NCBI GenBank assembly: GCA_963808235.1 | Contig: CAWEEQ010000004.1 | Location: forward strand, 2,240,001-2,304,000 | Reading direction: 5' to 3' | Source: an uncultured delta proteobacterium | Lineage (GTDB): Bacteria > Desulfobacterota > Binatia > Binatales > Binataceae | Length of the DNA: 64,000 bases | Shown: in pieces, positions 1-9,330 of the stretch | Position numbering within the stretch: the first letter of the stretch is position 1 | How the letters are laid out: every line of letters starts with the position of its first letter | Translations under genes and position numbers: made by a program | Notes under the pieces: generated by a model | What the model was told of the DNA's origin: nothing | The model's input: the letters and a program-made list of their open reading frames with translations, nothing else | The model's database searches: none

Positions 1-2190
1 ATCCGCGCGTCGGTCAACGACGTGCAGTTCACACTGCTGCTCACGATCTTCCTGGTCGTGATGGTGATCTTCGTATTCCTGCGCAACCTGTCGGCGACGA
101 TCATTCCGAGCCTCGCACTGCCGATGTCGATCGTCGGGACCTTCGCCGTGATGTGGGCGCTCGACTACTCGCTGGACAATCTCTCCCTGATGGCGATTAC
201 GCTCGCAGTCGGATTCGTGGTCGACGACGCGATCGTCATGCTCGAGAACATCGTGCGCCACATGGAGATGGGCAAGGACGTGCTGACCGCGTCGCTCGAC
301 GGCGCGTCTGAAATCGGCTTCACGATTCTCTCCATGACCTTCTCGCTCGCCGCGGTTTTCATCCCGGTTTTGTTCATGGGCGGAATTCTCGGACGGCTGC
401 TGCATGAGTTCGCGGTAACAATCGGCGCCGCGATCCTGGTCTCGGGCTTCGTCTCGTTGACGCTGACTCCGATGCTATGCTCGCGCTTTCTCCGTCCGCC
501 CAAGAGCGAGCGCCACGGCCGTCTCTACGCCGTTACCGAGCGCTACTTCGACCGAGCGCTCGACGCTTACCAGAAGAGCCTGATGTGGGTGATGCGGCAT
601 CGGCTCGGCACCATGTACTTCTCGGGCGTGTTGCTGGTCGCGACGATGTACATGTTCTACGCGATTCCCAAGGGCTTCCTGCCTTCAGAGGACGCCGACC
701 AGTTGATCATCTTCACGCTCGCCGCGCAGGGAATTTCCTACGACTCGATGGTCGAGCATCAGCTCGCCGCCGCGAGCCTGATCAAGGATGACCCGAGCAT
801 CCGCAGCTACTTCATCAGCGTCGGATCCGGCGGTCCGGGCGGCGCCACCAACTCGGGCATCATATTCCTGCATCTGGCGCCAAGATCGGAGCGCAAGCTC
901 AGCGTCGATCAGTTGATCACGAAGTGGCGTCCGATCTTGAACAGCGTGCCGGGCTTGCGTGTCTTTCTGCAGAATCCGCCACCGATCCGAATCGGCGCGC
1001 AATTCACGCGCAGCATGTATCAGATGACTCTGCAGAGCCCCAATACCGCGACGCTCTACAAGTACGCGCCGATGCTCGAATCGAAATTGCGCATGCTGCC
1101 GGATCTGCGCGGTGTCAACAGCGACCTGCAAGTCGAAAATCCGCAGGTCACGGTCGATATCGATCGCGACAAGGCGCACTCGCTCGGCATCTCGGCGCAG
1201 GCCATCGAGGATGCGCTTTACGACGCCTACGGTTCGCGCCAGATCTCGACCATCTACGCGCCCAACGACGAGTTCTGGGTGATCATGGAGGTCCTGCCGC
1301 AGTATCAGGCGGAGCCATCTACGCTCTCGCTCCTCTACGTGCGCTCATCGGGCGGGGATCTCGTTCCGCTCGACACCGTGGTCAAGTTCACCCGCTCGCT
1401 GGGGCCGTTGCAGATCAATCACTCCGGGCAGCTTCCGTCGGCGACCATTTCGTTCGACGTTGCGCCGGGTGTTTCGCTTGGCAAGGCGCTCGCGGAAGTC
1501 AAAAAACTCTCCGCCGCGACCCTGCCCGATTCCATCACCACCGGCTTCCAGGGCACCGCGGAGGCGTTCGAATCTTCACTCGGCGGGCTCGGAATGCTGC
1601 TGGTGATGACCATCCTGGTCATCTATCTGGTCCTCGGCGTGCTCTATGAGAGCTTCGTCCATCCGATCACGATTCTGTCGGGACTTCCGTCGGCGGGATT
1701 CGGCGCGTTGCTCACGTTGTGGGTCTTTGGGATGGAACTCGATCTGTTCGCCTTCGTCGGCGTGATCATGCTGGTCGGCCTGGTCAAGAAAAACGCCATC
1801 ATGATGATCGACTTCGCACTCGATGCGCAGCGCACTGAGGGCAAGTCGCCAAGCGAGGCGATCTTCGAAGGATGTATCGTCCGGTTCCGGCCGATCATGA
1901 TGACCACGATGGCGGCGCTGATGGGCACTCTGCCAATCGCGATCGGCCTCGGCGCCGGCGCAGAGGCTCGCCGCCCGCTCGGAGTGGCGGTCGTCGGCGG
2001 ACTGTTCTTCTCGCAGTTCCTGACCCTCTACATCACGCCCGTCTTCTACACGTACATGGAAGCATTCCTCGAGCGCTTCAACGCCTGGCGCGAAGGCCGC
2101 GAGCTGGTACCCGCAACCGAACCCGTATCCAAGCGCGTCGCATCGGCTCCCACAACCGCCGAGCCCGCAAAGGGCCGCCTCGCATCGTAG
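1..2190 (+). CDS. RND multidrug efflux transporter permease (AcrB/MdtB/MdtC family), 5'-partial
   Basis: GFVVDDAIVMLENI, KKNAIMMIDFA and RFRPIMMTT motifs; frame is open to base 1 of the window. Confidence 0.95.
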   Translation: MRASVNDVQFTLLLTIFLVVMVIFVFLRNLSATIIPSLALPMSIVGTFAVMWALDYSLDNLSLMAITLAVGFVVDDAIVMLENIVRHMEMGKDVLTASLDGASEIGFTILSMTFSLAAVFIPVLFMGGILGRLLHEFAVTIGAAILVSGFVSLTLTPMLCSRFLRPPKSERHGRLYAVTERYFDRALDAYQKSLMWVMRHRLGTMYFSGVLLVATMYMFYAIPKGFLPSEDADQLIIFTLAAQGISYDSMVEHQLAAASLIKDDPSIRSYFISVGSGGPGGATNSGIIFLHLAPRSERKLSVDQLITKWRPILNSVPGLRVFLQNPPPIRIGAQFTRSMYQMTLQSPNTATLYKYAPMLESKLRMLPDLRGVNSDLQVENPQVTVDIDRDKAHSLGISAQAIEDALYDAYGSRQISTIYAPNDEFWVIMEVLPQYQAEPSTLSLLYVRSSGGDLVPLDTVVKFTRSLGPLQINHSGQLPSATISFDVAPGVSLGKALAEVKKLSAATLPDSITTGFQGTAEAFESSLGGLGMLLVMTILVIYLVLGVLYESFVHPITILSGLPSAGFGALLTLWVFGMELDLFAFVGVIMLVGLVKKNAIMMIDFALDAQRTEGKSPSEAIFEGCIVRFRPIMMTTMAALMGTLPIAIGLGAGAEARRPLGVAVVGGLFFSQFLTLYITPVFYTYMEAFLERFNAWREGRELVPATEPVSKRVASAPTTAEPAKGRLAS

Positions 2191-2213
2191 GTTCGCACCG
2201 GGAACCCCAATCG

Positions 2214-2738
2214 ATGTCCAAGCTTGGAACCAAGCTCATCGAAGCGGCCAAGGAAGCTCGAGCTATCGCGCGCGGTGAAATCACCAGTGGCTTCGTTGTG
2301 CACTTGACCTCGTTCAAGGGCAACGACGAAGTGGTGCTTCTGCTGGCTGATCAATCGACGATCGGCTGGCTAGTCGCCCGCCTTGCCGAGTTCGCAGCCG
2401 CTCGCGCTGAGTCGAGGAATTTGGCGTTCGTTATTGGCGATGGAAACCCTGTCGAATCAGATGGAAAGTGCGTCATCACTGTAGAGCTAATGCGTCGAGC
2501 GAACGGAGGTAACTGGGTTCAGGAGTCGTTGAATACCTTTCGTTGGAGCCTGTCCCCGAGCTTGGCAAATCGCTACCGCAAGCGTCTTTTGCCGATGCTG
2601 AAAAGCCAGTCTTCTTGCCATCAGTATCTAGAATTCGGTACCGCCCCAGAACCCGTTGTGATGGTTTCTCTAGGCGAGTATGAGACCGATGCTTTTCGTC
2701 GCCACAAGGCTAACAGGTTGCGGCGCGGCGCTAGCTGA
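2214..2738 (+). CDS. hypothetical protein; N-terminal ~25 aa resemble the N-terminus of HigA-like antitoxins
   Basis: ATG at 2214 inside ORF 1872..2738 (MSKLGTKLIEAAKEARAIARGE...); rest unrecognised. Confidence 0.5.
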   Translation: MSKLGTKLIEAAKEARAIARGEITSGFVVHLTSFKGNDEVVLLLADQSTIGWLVARLAEFAAARAESRNLAFVIGDGNPVESDGKCVITVELMRRANGGNWVQESLNTFRWSLSPSLANRYRKRLLPMLKSQSSCHQYLEFGTAPEPVVMVSLGEYETDAFRRHKANRLRRGAS

Positions 2739-2754
2739 GAGGACACCTTCCACC

Positions 2755-3486
2755 ATGAACATGAACTCCTTCGAGGGCAAGCGGATTCTTGCTCTCATTC
2801 GCGATGGTGACTACGCGCATGCCGGCGAGGAGGAAGCGATCGAGCGCAGCTTTCGCGGGATTCCAAAAAGCGCGCGGAGCTGGATCCTCGACGTTGGATG
2901 CGGTCGCGGCGGGAGCGCTGAGTATGTGCGCCGCCACGGATGGGGCAATCTGGTCGGAATCGATCGCGACGCCGATTCGATCGAGTACGCAAAGGCAAAC
3001 TATCCTGCAATCGAGTTTCACACTTGCGACGTGCTCGACGTCCCCGCGAACGTTAAGCGGGAGTTCGACGTCATCTACATGCTGAACGCGTTCTACGCGT
3101 TCGCCGAACAGCGCGACGCACTCGAGGCGCTGAGAACAGTCGCCAAGCCGGGCGCGCGTCTCGTCATCTTCGACTATGCAGTCGGTGGCCAGCCCGACCT
3201 CTCCGTTCAGGGGCAGGTTTTCATTCCGCATCCAATTCGAATGTCCGAGATTGCCGTGATGCTGCGCGAATCAGGATGGAAGCCAGGCGTGGTCGAGGAT
3301 CTGAGCGCCGACTACACGCGCTGGTACACGACCTTCGTCGAACGGATTGAGCGCAAGCGCGATGAGATAGAAAAGATTGGCGGCGCCGAGTGGTACAGCT
3401 TCGTGCTCTCGATGTACTCGGGCCTTCGCGACGTGATTGCGAGCGGGACGCTCGGTAGCGCACTCGTTCATGCAATCGCGGACTAG
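2755..3486 (+). CDS. class I SAM-dependent methyltransferase
   Basis: ILDVGCGRGG motif I, GID motif II, KPGARLV; GAGG RBS before ATG 2755. Confidence 0.9.
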   Translation: MNMNSFEGKRILALIRDGDYAHAGEEEAIERSFRGIPKSARSWILDVGCGRGGSAEYVRRHGWGNLVGIDRDADSIEYAKANYPAIEFHTCDVLDVPANVKREFDVIYMLNAFYAFAEQRDALEALRTVAKPGARLVIFDYAVGGQPDLSVQGQVFIPHPIRMSEIAVMLRESGWKPGVVEDLSADYTRWYTTFVERIERKRDEIEKIGGAEWYSFVLSMYSGLRDVIASGTLGSALVHAIAD

Positions 3487-4602
3487 CTAGCTGAGCCGGT
3501 AAAAGCGCAGCGCGTTCTGATTCAGGATGTTGTCGCGCGCGCCCTCGGGCAACGCCCCCAGCGCCCGAGTCACTTCGCTAACGACTCCCGGATAGGTGCA
3601 GTCGAAGTGAGGATAGTCCGATCCCCACAACACGTTGCGCTCGACTCCGAGATCGATCATCGCCTTCAACGTGCTCTCGTCGGGGTCCATCGAGATGTAG
3701 CATCGCTCGGCGAAGTACTCACTCGGCTTGCGCTTCAACCATGGCACATAGGTACCCATCTTTTCGTAATGGCTATCCATCCGATCGAGCCAGTAACCGA
3801 GCCATCCGATTCCCGACTCCAGAAAACCGACCGTCAGTTTTGGAAATCGCGCGAGCACTCCGCCGCAGACGATATCCATACAGGCCGCTTGCTGCTCGAA
3901 CGGATGACAGACCATGTGGAAGAAGAACGGATCGCGGTAACGATCGCCACCCATCGTGGGCATCTTCGTTCCGAAGCTGCCGTGCACCGCGACCGGAATG
4001 TCCAGCTCCTCGGCCTCACGCCAGAACGGATCGTATGCCGCGTCGTTGAGACGCCGTCCGTTAAACGGATTGGGCCTGACGAACACCGCCTTGAAGCCAA
4101 GCTCCCGCACCACGCGCCGCATCTCGCGGATCGCCTCATCCACATTTTGAATCGGCATCGGCGCGACACCGAACAGGCGTTTCGGAGAAGCCTTGCAGAA
4201 GTCGGAGAGCCAGTTGTTGTAGGCGCGACATGCCGCCGCCGCGAGTTGCGGATCGGTCAGGTCGCCGTAGAGCAGCCACAACGACGGGTACAGAACCGCA
4301 ACGTCGATGCCCTCTTCATCCATCACCTTGATTCGCGCGTGCGGATCGTAACCGCCCGGCAGGATGTCATCCCACGTGATCTTGCGCGCGCGTTCGAGGT
4401 TTGAAAGCCCCCCCGGCATCATCGACGCCGCCACCGGAAGCGACGGACGGCTGCGATTCTCGCCGTTGATCCACAGCTCATCGGCACCATCGCGATTGCG
4501 CCGAATCTGGATCATCTGCTCGCGAAATTTCGGCTCGGCGTAATTTTCCCAGAGCGCGCGCGGCTCGACGACATGTCCGTCAGCGTCGATTATCCGGGTC
4601 AT
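3487..4602 (-). CDS. amidohydrolase family 2 protein
   Basis: IIDADGHV metal motif, WGSDYPHFD; AAGGAGG RBS before ATG 4602. Confidence 0.92.
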   Translation of the reverse strand: MTRIIDADGHVVEPRALWENYAEPKFREQMIQIRRNRDGADELWINGENRSRPSLPVAASMMPGGLSNLERARKITWDDILPGGYDPHARIKVMDEEGIDVAVLYPSLWLLYGDLTDPQLAAAACRAYNNWLSDFCKASPKRLFGVAPMPIQNVDEAIREMRRVVRELGFKAVFVRPNPFNGRRLNDAAYDPFWREAEELDIPVAVHGSFGTKMPTMGGDRYRDPFFFHMVCHPFEQQAACMDIVCGGVLARFPKLTVGFLESGIGWLGYWLDRMDSHYEKMGTYVPWLKRKPSEYFAERCYISMDPDESTLKAMIDLGVERNVLWGSDYPHFDCTYPGVVSEVTRALGALPEGARDNILNQNALRFYRLS

Positions 4603-4666
4603 GAGCAATCCTCCTTGAAGGAGATTACTCAGATCAACGACGCGGCACGTGCCGCTGTCAAGCAGA

Positions 4667-4933
4667 TCATGGAGAGTTCGAGCCGAATAGGTTGCCGAGC
4701 GCGCGGAACGGCCACGTGAGCGCATCGCCGATCGCACTCATGACTCCGCCGGAATTGCCGGCGTTTGCGCTGGCGGCCGGCGACGGAGCGCTGGCGGGAT
4801 CGCGCGCTTCGTCCGAGATCGAGGCGTACGGCGCAATCGTCTGGCTCGTCTCCTCGGTAGTGCACCCCGCGCCGAGCGCGATCGCGCACACGACTATCGC
4901 AGCCGGCAGAATCAGTTTGCGGCTCTGTGACAA
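4667..4933 (-). CDS. small putative lipoprotein
   Basis: basic N-terminus, hydrophobic stretch, LGAGC lipobox. Confidence 0.55.
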   Translation of the reverse strand: MSQSRKLILPAAIVVCAIALGAGCTTEETSQTIAPYASISDEARDPASAPSPAASANAGNSGGVMSAIGDALTWPFRALGNLFGSNSP

Positions 4934-4964
4934 TGCCGGCAGATGAGCGAACCAGATCCGGGAT

Positions 4965-5135
4965 CTAGAGAAGATTATCTACAGGAGCCACGCTCGCGGT
5001 GACTTGCGAGCCGATCGTCTGATAGCCGGCGTAGGCCACTACCGCGATCGCTCCCAGGATCAGCGCGTACTCGGTCAGCGTCTGTCCGCGATTAGACTCG
5101 TGGATTCTAATATAGAGGCGCCGCAAGAAATCCAT
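4965..5135 (-). CDS. Flp family type IVb pilin
   Basis: RG|QTLTEYALIL prepilin cleavage and Flp (E+5/Y+6) motif; GGGAGG RBS; 56 aa. Confidence 0.85.
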   Translation of the reverse strand: MDFLRRLYIRIHESNRGQTLTEYALILGAIAVVAYAGYQTIGSQVTASVAPVDNLL

Positions 5136-5348
5136 CCGGCACACCCTCCCCGTAAATGTATGATTGCAACCCGCCAGAATCATGACGCTTCGGCGCACTA
5201 AATGCCAACCCTGGAATGGTTTTTTTCTGCGCCAGTATTGCAGAATTATGATCACAAATTGTAGGCGAAAGTTGCTGGTGCCAGCTCAGATCTGCAAGCG
5301 TTCCGACCGCGCGGATGCTATCGTGCGGATGCTCCGTGGAGGGCCAGC

Positions 5349-5792
5349 ATGGACGGCGAGCGTCGATTCAATTTCCGATTAGCGGCATTCGCGTTGGCGA
5401 CCTTGACGGTCGGACTGTCTGCTTCGCAAGCACCGGTAGACGCCGACGAGGTGGTCGGATTGGTGAGTGAGACAACCGGGGTCGCGCGCATTCAGCGCGC
5501 CGGCTCTACGCTCGCCGTGAACCGCGGAACCGCGGTGATGGTTCACGACAAGGTGACCACCGAACCCGACTCGACCGTGATATTGAAATTTCCCGACGGC
5601 AGTTCGCTCTCTCTGGCGGCGGCCTCCAGCGTCGCGATCGATGAAGCCGAGCTCGTCGACGGAAACCCGGTGCCGAGCCGAGTGACTCTGCTCAGTGGCA
5701 ACATCCACGCAAGCGTTCCCGACAAGACAACCGGAGCATCGCGCAAGATGGAAGTGGATACGCCTAACGCCAAGGCAAGCTCGGCGCACTGA
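5349..5792 (+). CDS. FecR-domain secreted protein
   Basis: signal peptide; DKVTTEPDSTVILKFPDGS...EVDTPNA FecR-like pattern. Confidence 0.7.
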   Translation: MDGERRFNFRLAAFALATLTVGLSASQAPVDADEVVGLVSETTGVARIQRAGSTLAVNRGTAVMVHDKVTTEPDSTVILKFPDGSSLSLAAASSVAIDEAELVDGNPVPSRVTLLSGNIHASVPDKTTGASRKMEVDTPNAKASSAH

Positions 5793-5797
5793 TCCCG

Positions 5798-7243
5798 TCA
5801 GCGCGCGCGTAGTTGATCGCCGGGTATCCAGGTCGAGTGAAACCCGGTCGGCACGCGCTGTGGAATCTGCACCCGCGCCAATGGACCCGCCGCGAAGTTC
5901 TTCGCGTCGAGGACGATCACTTCGCCGGCATCGTGCGCGTTCAAGTCCGCGACGAACGTTACCACGTAGCCGTCGTCTTCATCCCTTGCCCCGACCCGAG
6001 GCGCAAACGGCGCTTCGTTCGAAGTGCGTCCGGGACCGAAGAGGTATTTCTCCGAGGTTCCGCGCTCCGTGTCGTACTTTACGAGTCCTTCGTAGTGCGG
6101 CACGCATGAGTTGTACGCGTAGCGCGACTTGCGGCCCATCTTATGACGGTTGATCGTCGGCCACTCGGTTTTCGCATCGTCGAGTTGCTCTTCCTTGACC
6201 GCGCCGGTGACGAGGTTGAAGCGCCATCGGCATAGCTGCGCCTCGAGACGAAGAAACGCGCGCATCCTGGCGAGCTCGCCCTCGCCTTTCTTCGCGCCCG
6301 GCTCCGCCTGAATAACCCGGCACGCGTTCATCACGAACTCGTCGCCATCCTCCCACGCATTGACCACGTGGTAGATGTAACAGGGCGACGCCTCGAACCA
6401 TTTCACGTCGGCGTTGGTTCCGTAGCGCGGCAGGATCCCGAACCGGCTCGGCATCTCGGGATAGTAAGTGACCTTGTGCACCTTTCGTTCGAGCAATTGC
6501 GGATCCCAGAACAGCGGCAAGTCCATCAGCAGCGAGTAGCGCTCGGTGAACGCCATGTCATGCGGCAGCCGCGAGCCGGGAAGTTCGATCGGTTCGTGAT
6601 GAATCAGTTCGCCTCGCGCCGACACTACGTTGTAGGTCATGAACGGCCGCTTGGTCGCATAGTCGAAGAACAATAGCTCTTCGGTAATCGGGTCGACCTT
6701 CGCATGCGCGGAAACTGCGCGCTCGAGCTTGCCGCCAAAGCGCTCGACGCCAACTGTCTCGAGCGTACGGGGATCGACTTTGTATGGCAGCCCGCATTGG
6801 TACCACAGCGCAAGCGCGTAGCCGTTATGAAATACCAGGTCGGTGTTGGCGGAATCCTTGAGCCATCCGTCGGAGCCGGCGCCGTGCGGGACCGCGGGGT
6901 CGGGACGATCCATCAGGCCGGGCCATATCGAGCGCTTACTTTCATTCTCGGCTGAGAATCCGTCGGTGCGAATCCATCGATTGCGGTAGGTCGCTTTGCC
7001 GTCGTGAAACTCGATCGCATGGACCATGCCGTCGCCGTCGAACCAGTGATAGCGGCCGCGGGGCTGAAAGATCGGATTGGGCCCGTTGCGCAGATAGGCG
7101 CCGTCGAGGTCGCGCGGAATCTCGCCGATCACATTCAGATCGTCGGCGGTGATCTCAGTTGAGATCGGCGCGTAGATTCCCTTGAGGAACGGATTCTCGC
7201 CGGGATCGATCTGAATTGGGATTTCGCGCTCGATTTTCACCAT
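5798..7243 (-). CDS. carotenoid oxygenase / lignostilbene dioxygenase (RPE65) family protein
   Basis: YLRNGPNP, HWFDGDGMVH, SAHAK, PHD, YH and GFH iron-His motifs. Confidence 0.93.
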   Translation of the reverse strand: MVKIEREIPIQIDPGENPFLKGIYAPISTEITADDLNVIGEIPRDLDGAYLRNGPNPIFQPRGRYHWFDGDGMVHAIEFHDGKATYRNRWIRTDGFSAENESKRSIWPGLMDRPDPAVPHGAGSDGWLKDSANTDLVFHNGYALALWYQCGLPYKVDPRTLETVGVERFGGKLERAVSAHAKVDPITEELLFFDYATKRPFMTYNVVSARGELIHHEPIELPGSRLPHDMAFTERYSLLMDLPLFWDPQLLERKVHKVTYYPEMPSRFGILPRYGTNADVKWFEASPCYIYHVVNAWEDGDEFVMNACRVIQAEPGAKKGEGELARMRAFLRLEAQLCRWRFNLVTGAVKEEQLDDAKTEWPTINRHKMGRKSRYAYNSCVPHYEGLVKYDTERGTSEKYLFGPGRTSNEAPFAPRVGARDEDDGYVVTFVADLNAHDAGEVIVLDAKNFAAGPLARVQIPQRVPTGFHSTWIPGDQLRAR

Positions 7244-7352
7244 GATTCGCTCCGCCTTGGGCGAGTTCTGTGACCAAGCTATCACGCGCGCGGTCAGCGC
7301 AACAAAGGCCGGCGCAATTGTGGCTCGATTTATATCGTCACGACTTTGGGTT

Positions 7353-8042
7353 TTATCCTGAAGTCGCGATACTAAGAGCGGCGCGAGCCAGGATGCGCGT
7401 CGAGTCCAGGATCGGCAGCGGAGAGTCGGCCGGGTTGATGAGCAACGGAATCTCGGTGCAGGCCAACGCGACCGCGTCGCAGCCGTTGTCCTCAAGCTCA
7501 CCGATTACCTTTTGAAAGTACGCGCGAGACTCCGGGAGGAAACGCGCGTACACCAACTCATCGTAAATGATCCGATTGATACGAGTGCGTTGTTCTATGT
7601 TCGGAATCCGGTAGTCGATACCCACCGGCGCCAGCTTGGACGGATACACATCACCCTCCATCAGGAAGCGCGTTCCGAGAATGGCGAGCCGCTTGACGCC
7701 GCGCCGCCGAGCATCGTCAGCGACCTCTTCGGCTATGTGGATCCACGGCGCGGGTGAACGCTCCCGGACCAGATCGAGCCCCTGGTGAACCGTGTTGTCC
7801 GGACAAATCAGCAATTGCGCTCCGGACCTGACCAGCCGCGCCGCCGACTCGAGCATCATCTCGCCGACCGCGTCCCAGCGGTCATCGTCGATGAAACGCT
7901 GATAGCTGCTTAGCGAGAACCCGTGCAGGGTGATCTCCGGATGGTCATGCGGCCCGAGAATTGCTGCGCCTTCGAGACAAATCGTGCGGTAGCAAAGCGC
8001 GGCGCCTTCGGCGCTGACTGCGACGATGCCGATGTGCTTCAT
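7353..8042 (-). CDS. aspartate/glutamate racemase family protein
   Basis: CPDNTVH and LACTEIPLL two-cysteine motifs. Confidence 0.88.
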   Translation of the reverse strand: MKHIGIVAVSAEGAALCYRTICLEGAAILGPHDHPEITLHGFSLSSYQRFIDDDRWDAVGEMMLESAARLVRSGAQLLICPDNTVHQGLDLVRERSPAPWIHIAEEVADDARRRGVKRLAILGTRFLMEGDVYPSKLAPVGIDYRIPNIEQRTRINRIIYDELVYARFLPESRAYFQKVIGELEDNGCDAVALACTEIPLLINPADSPLPILDSTRILARAALSIATSG

Positions 8043-8128
8043 TGTTCGCTCCGCGTCGGGAGAGTGGTCATTGCACGTCTGCATGTTATTCGCACATGCT
8101 GTTGAATCCGTTTGGAGGAACGCATCGC

Positions 8129-8659
8129 ATGGACGTCAGCAAGATTCCGCCCGGCCGCAATCCGCCTGAGGAGATCAACGTGCTGGTCGAGATTCCGCAA
8201 GGTGGAGTTCCGGTCAAGTACGAACTCGACAAAGCGTCGGGCGCGCTTTTCGTCAATCGCTTTCTGCATACCGCGATGTACTATCCGGCCAACTACGGAT
8301 TCATCCCCAACACGCTCTCCGAAGACGGCGACCCGTGCGACGTAATGGCGCTGTCGCAGGTGCCGGTCGCGCCCGGAGCGGTGATCCGATGCCGTCCGGT
8401 CGGCGCTCTGCTGATGGAAGACGAGAACGGCATCGACGAAAAGATTCTCGCCGTCCCCGTCGATGAGCTAAACCCATACTTCGACGGAATCGCCAACTAC
8501 ACCGACCTGCCGCCGATCATGCTCGACCAGATCGATCACTTCTTTCGCCACTACAAGGATCTCGAGAAAGGCAAATGGGTGAAAGTCGGCGGATGGGTTG
8601 ATCGCGAGGCCGCCGAAAAACTGATCGTCGCCGCGATCGATCGCCTGCACAAAACCTGA
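8129..8659 (+). CDS. ppa: inorganic pyrophosphatase, family I
   Basis: KYELDK, YPANYGFIP, DGDPCD, HFFRHYKDLEKGKW; GGAGG RBS. Confidence 0.96.
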   Translation: MDVSKIPPGRNPPEEINVLVEIPQGGVPVKYELDKASGALFVNRFLHTAMYYPANYGFIPNTLSEDGDPCDVMALSQVPVAPGAVIRCRPVGALLMEDENGIDEKILAVPVDELNPYFDGIANYTDLPPIMLDQIDHFFRHYKDLEKGKWVKVGGWVDREAAEKLIVAAIDRLHKT

Positions 8660-8729
8660 ACCGACCATTGGCCGCAAAATTCAGGGATGAATTGTTCCGC
8701 CTGCCCGCGCCGCGACCAGCCAGCTAATT

Positions 8730-9242
8730 TTACTGGCTCTGGCCCTCGCCTGCCGCGTGAGCGAGCGGCACCAGTTGCGCGATGTCGCACTGGATGAGCG
8801 CCTGGATCTTGTTGTCGATCTGGTAGAAGCGGGTTACTTTGACTTGCGGGATGACGGCGCGGAACTTGGGAACGAAATCGCGCTGCACGTCGAGGCGGGC
8901 CTGCGCGATCGACATCACTTCGTCGAGTTTTTTGCCGGCATCGGCGTCAGTGAGGCTATCGTACTTGGCCGCGTAGGCTTTGAGTTCCTTGACGTGGCGA
9001 TCTTCGATTTTGTCCATTTTGGCTTCGTAGGCGTCATAAACCGGCCAGAACTTCGTCGATTCGTCGGCGGTCAGATTCATGTTGGAGCCGACCGTGGCTT
9101 TGCGCTCCGCGCGGGCGGCGGCCATATCGAGCTGCTTTTGCGAAGGCGCCGGAATCTGTGCCAGGGCGGGCGCGCCGAGGCCGAGTAGGCACGATACGAG
9201 TGACGCTGCGGTGAAAATCGCGAGACGATTGGTGAAAGTCAT
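8730..9242 (-). CDS. secreted helical protein (Spy/CpxP-like)
   Basis: signal peptide ALA|Q; NLTADESTKFWPVYDAY pattern. Confidence 0.65.
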   Translation of the reverse strand: MTFTNRLAIFTAASLVSCLLGLGAPALAQIPAPSQKQLDMAAARAERKATVGSNMNLTADESTKFWPVYDAYEAKMDKIEDRHVKELKAYAAKYDSLTDADAGKKLDEVMSIAQARLDVQRDFVPKFRAVIPQVKVTRFYQIDNKIQALIQCDIAQLVPLAHAAGEGQSQ

Positions 9243-9330
9243 GTACGGTTCCCCTCCGGTTTCGCGTAAGCGAATCCGGCAGGATGCTGCTCGATTGGAG
9301 GGTGATAGTCAAGGAGCGCGGCGACGGCAA

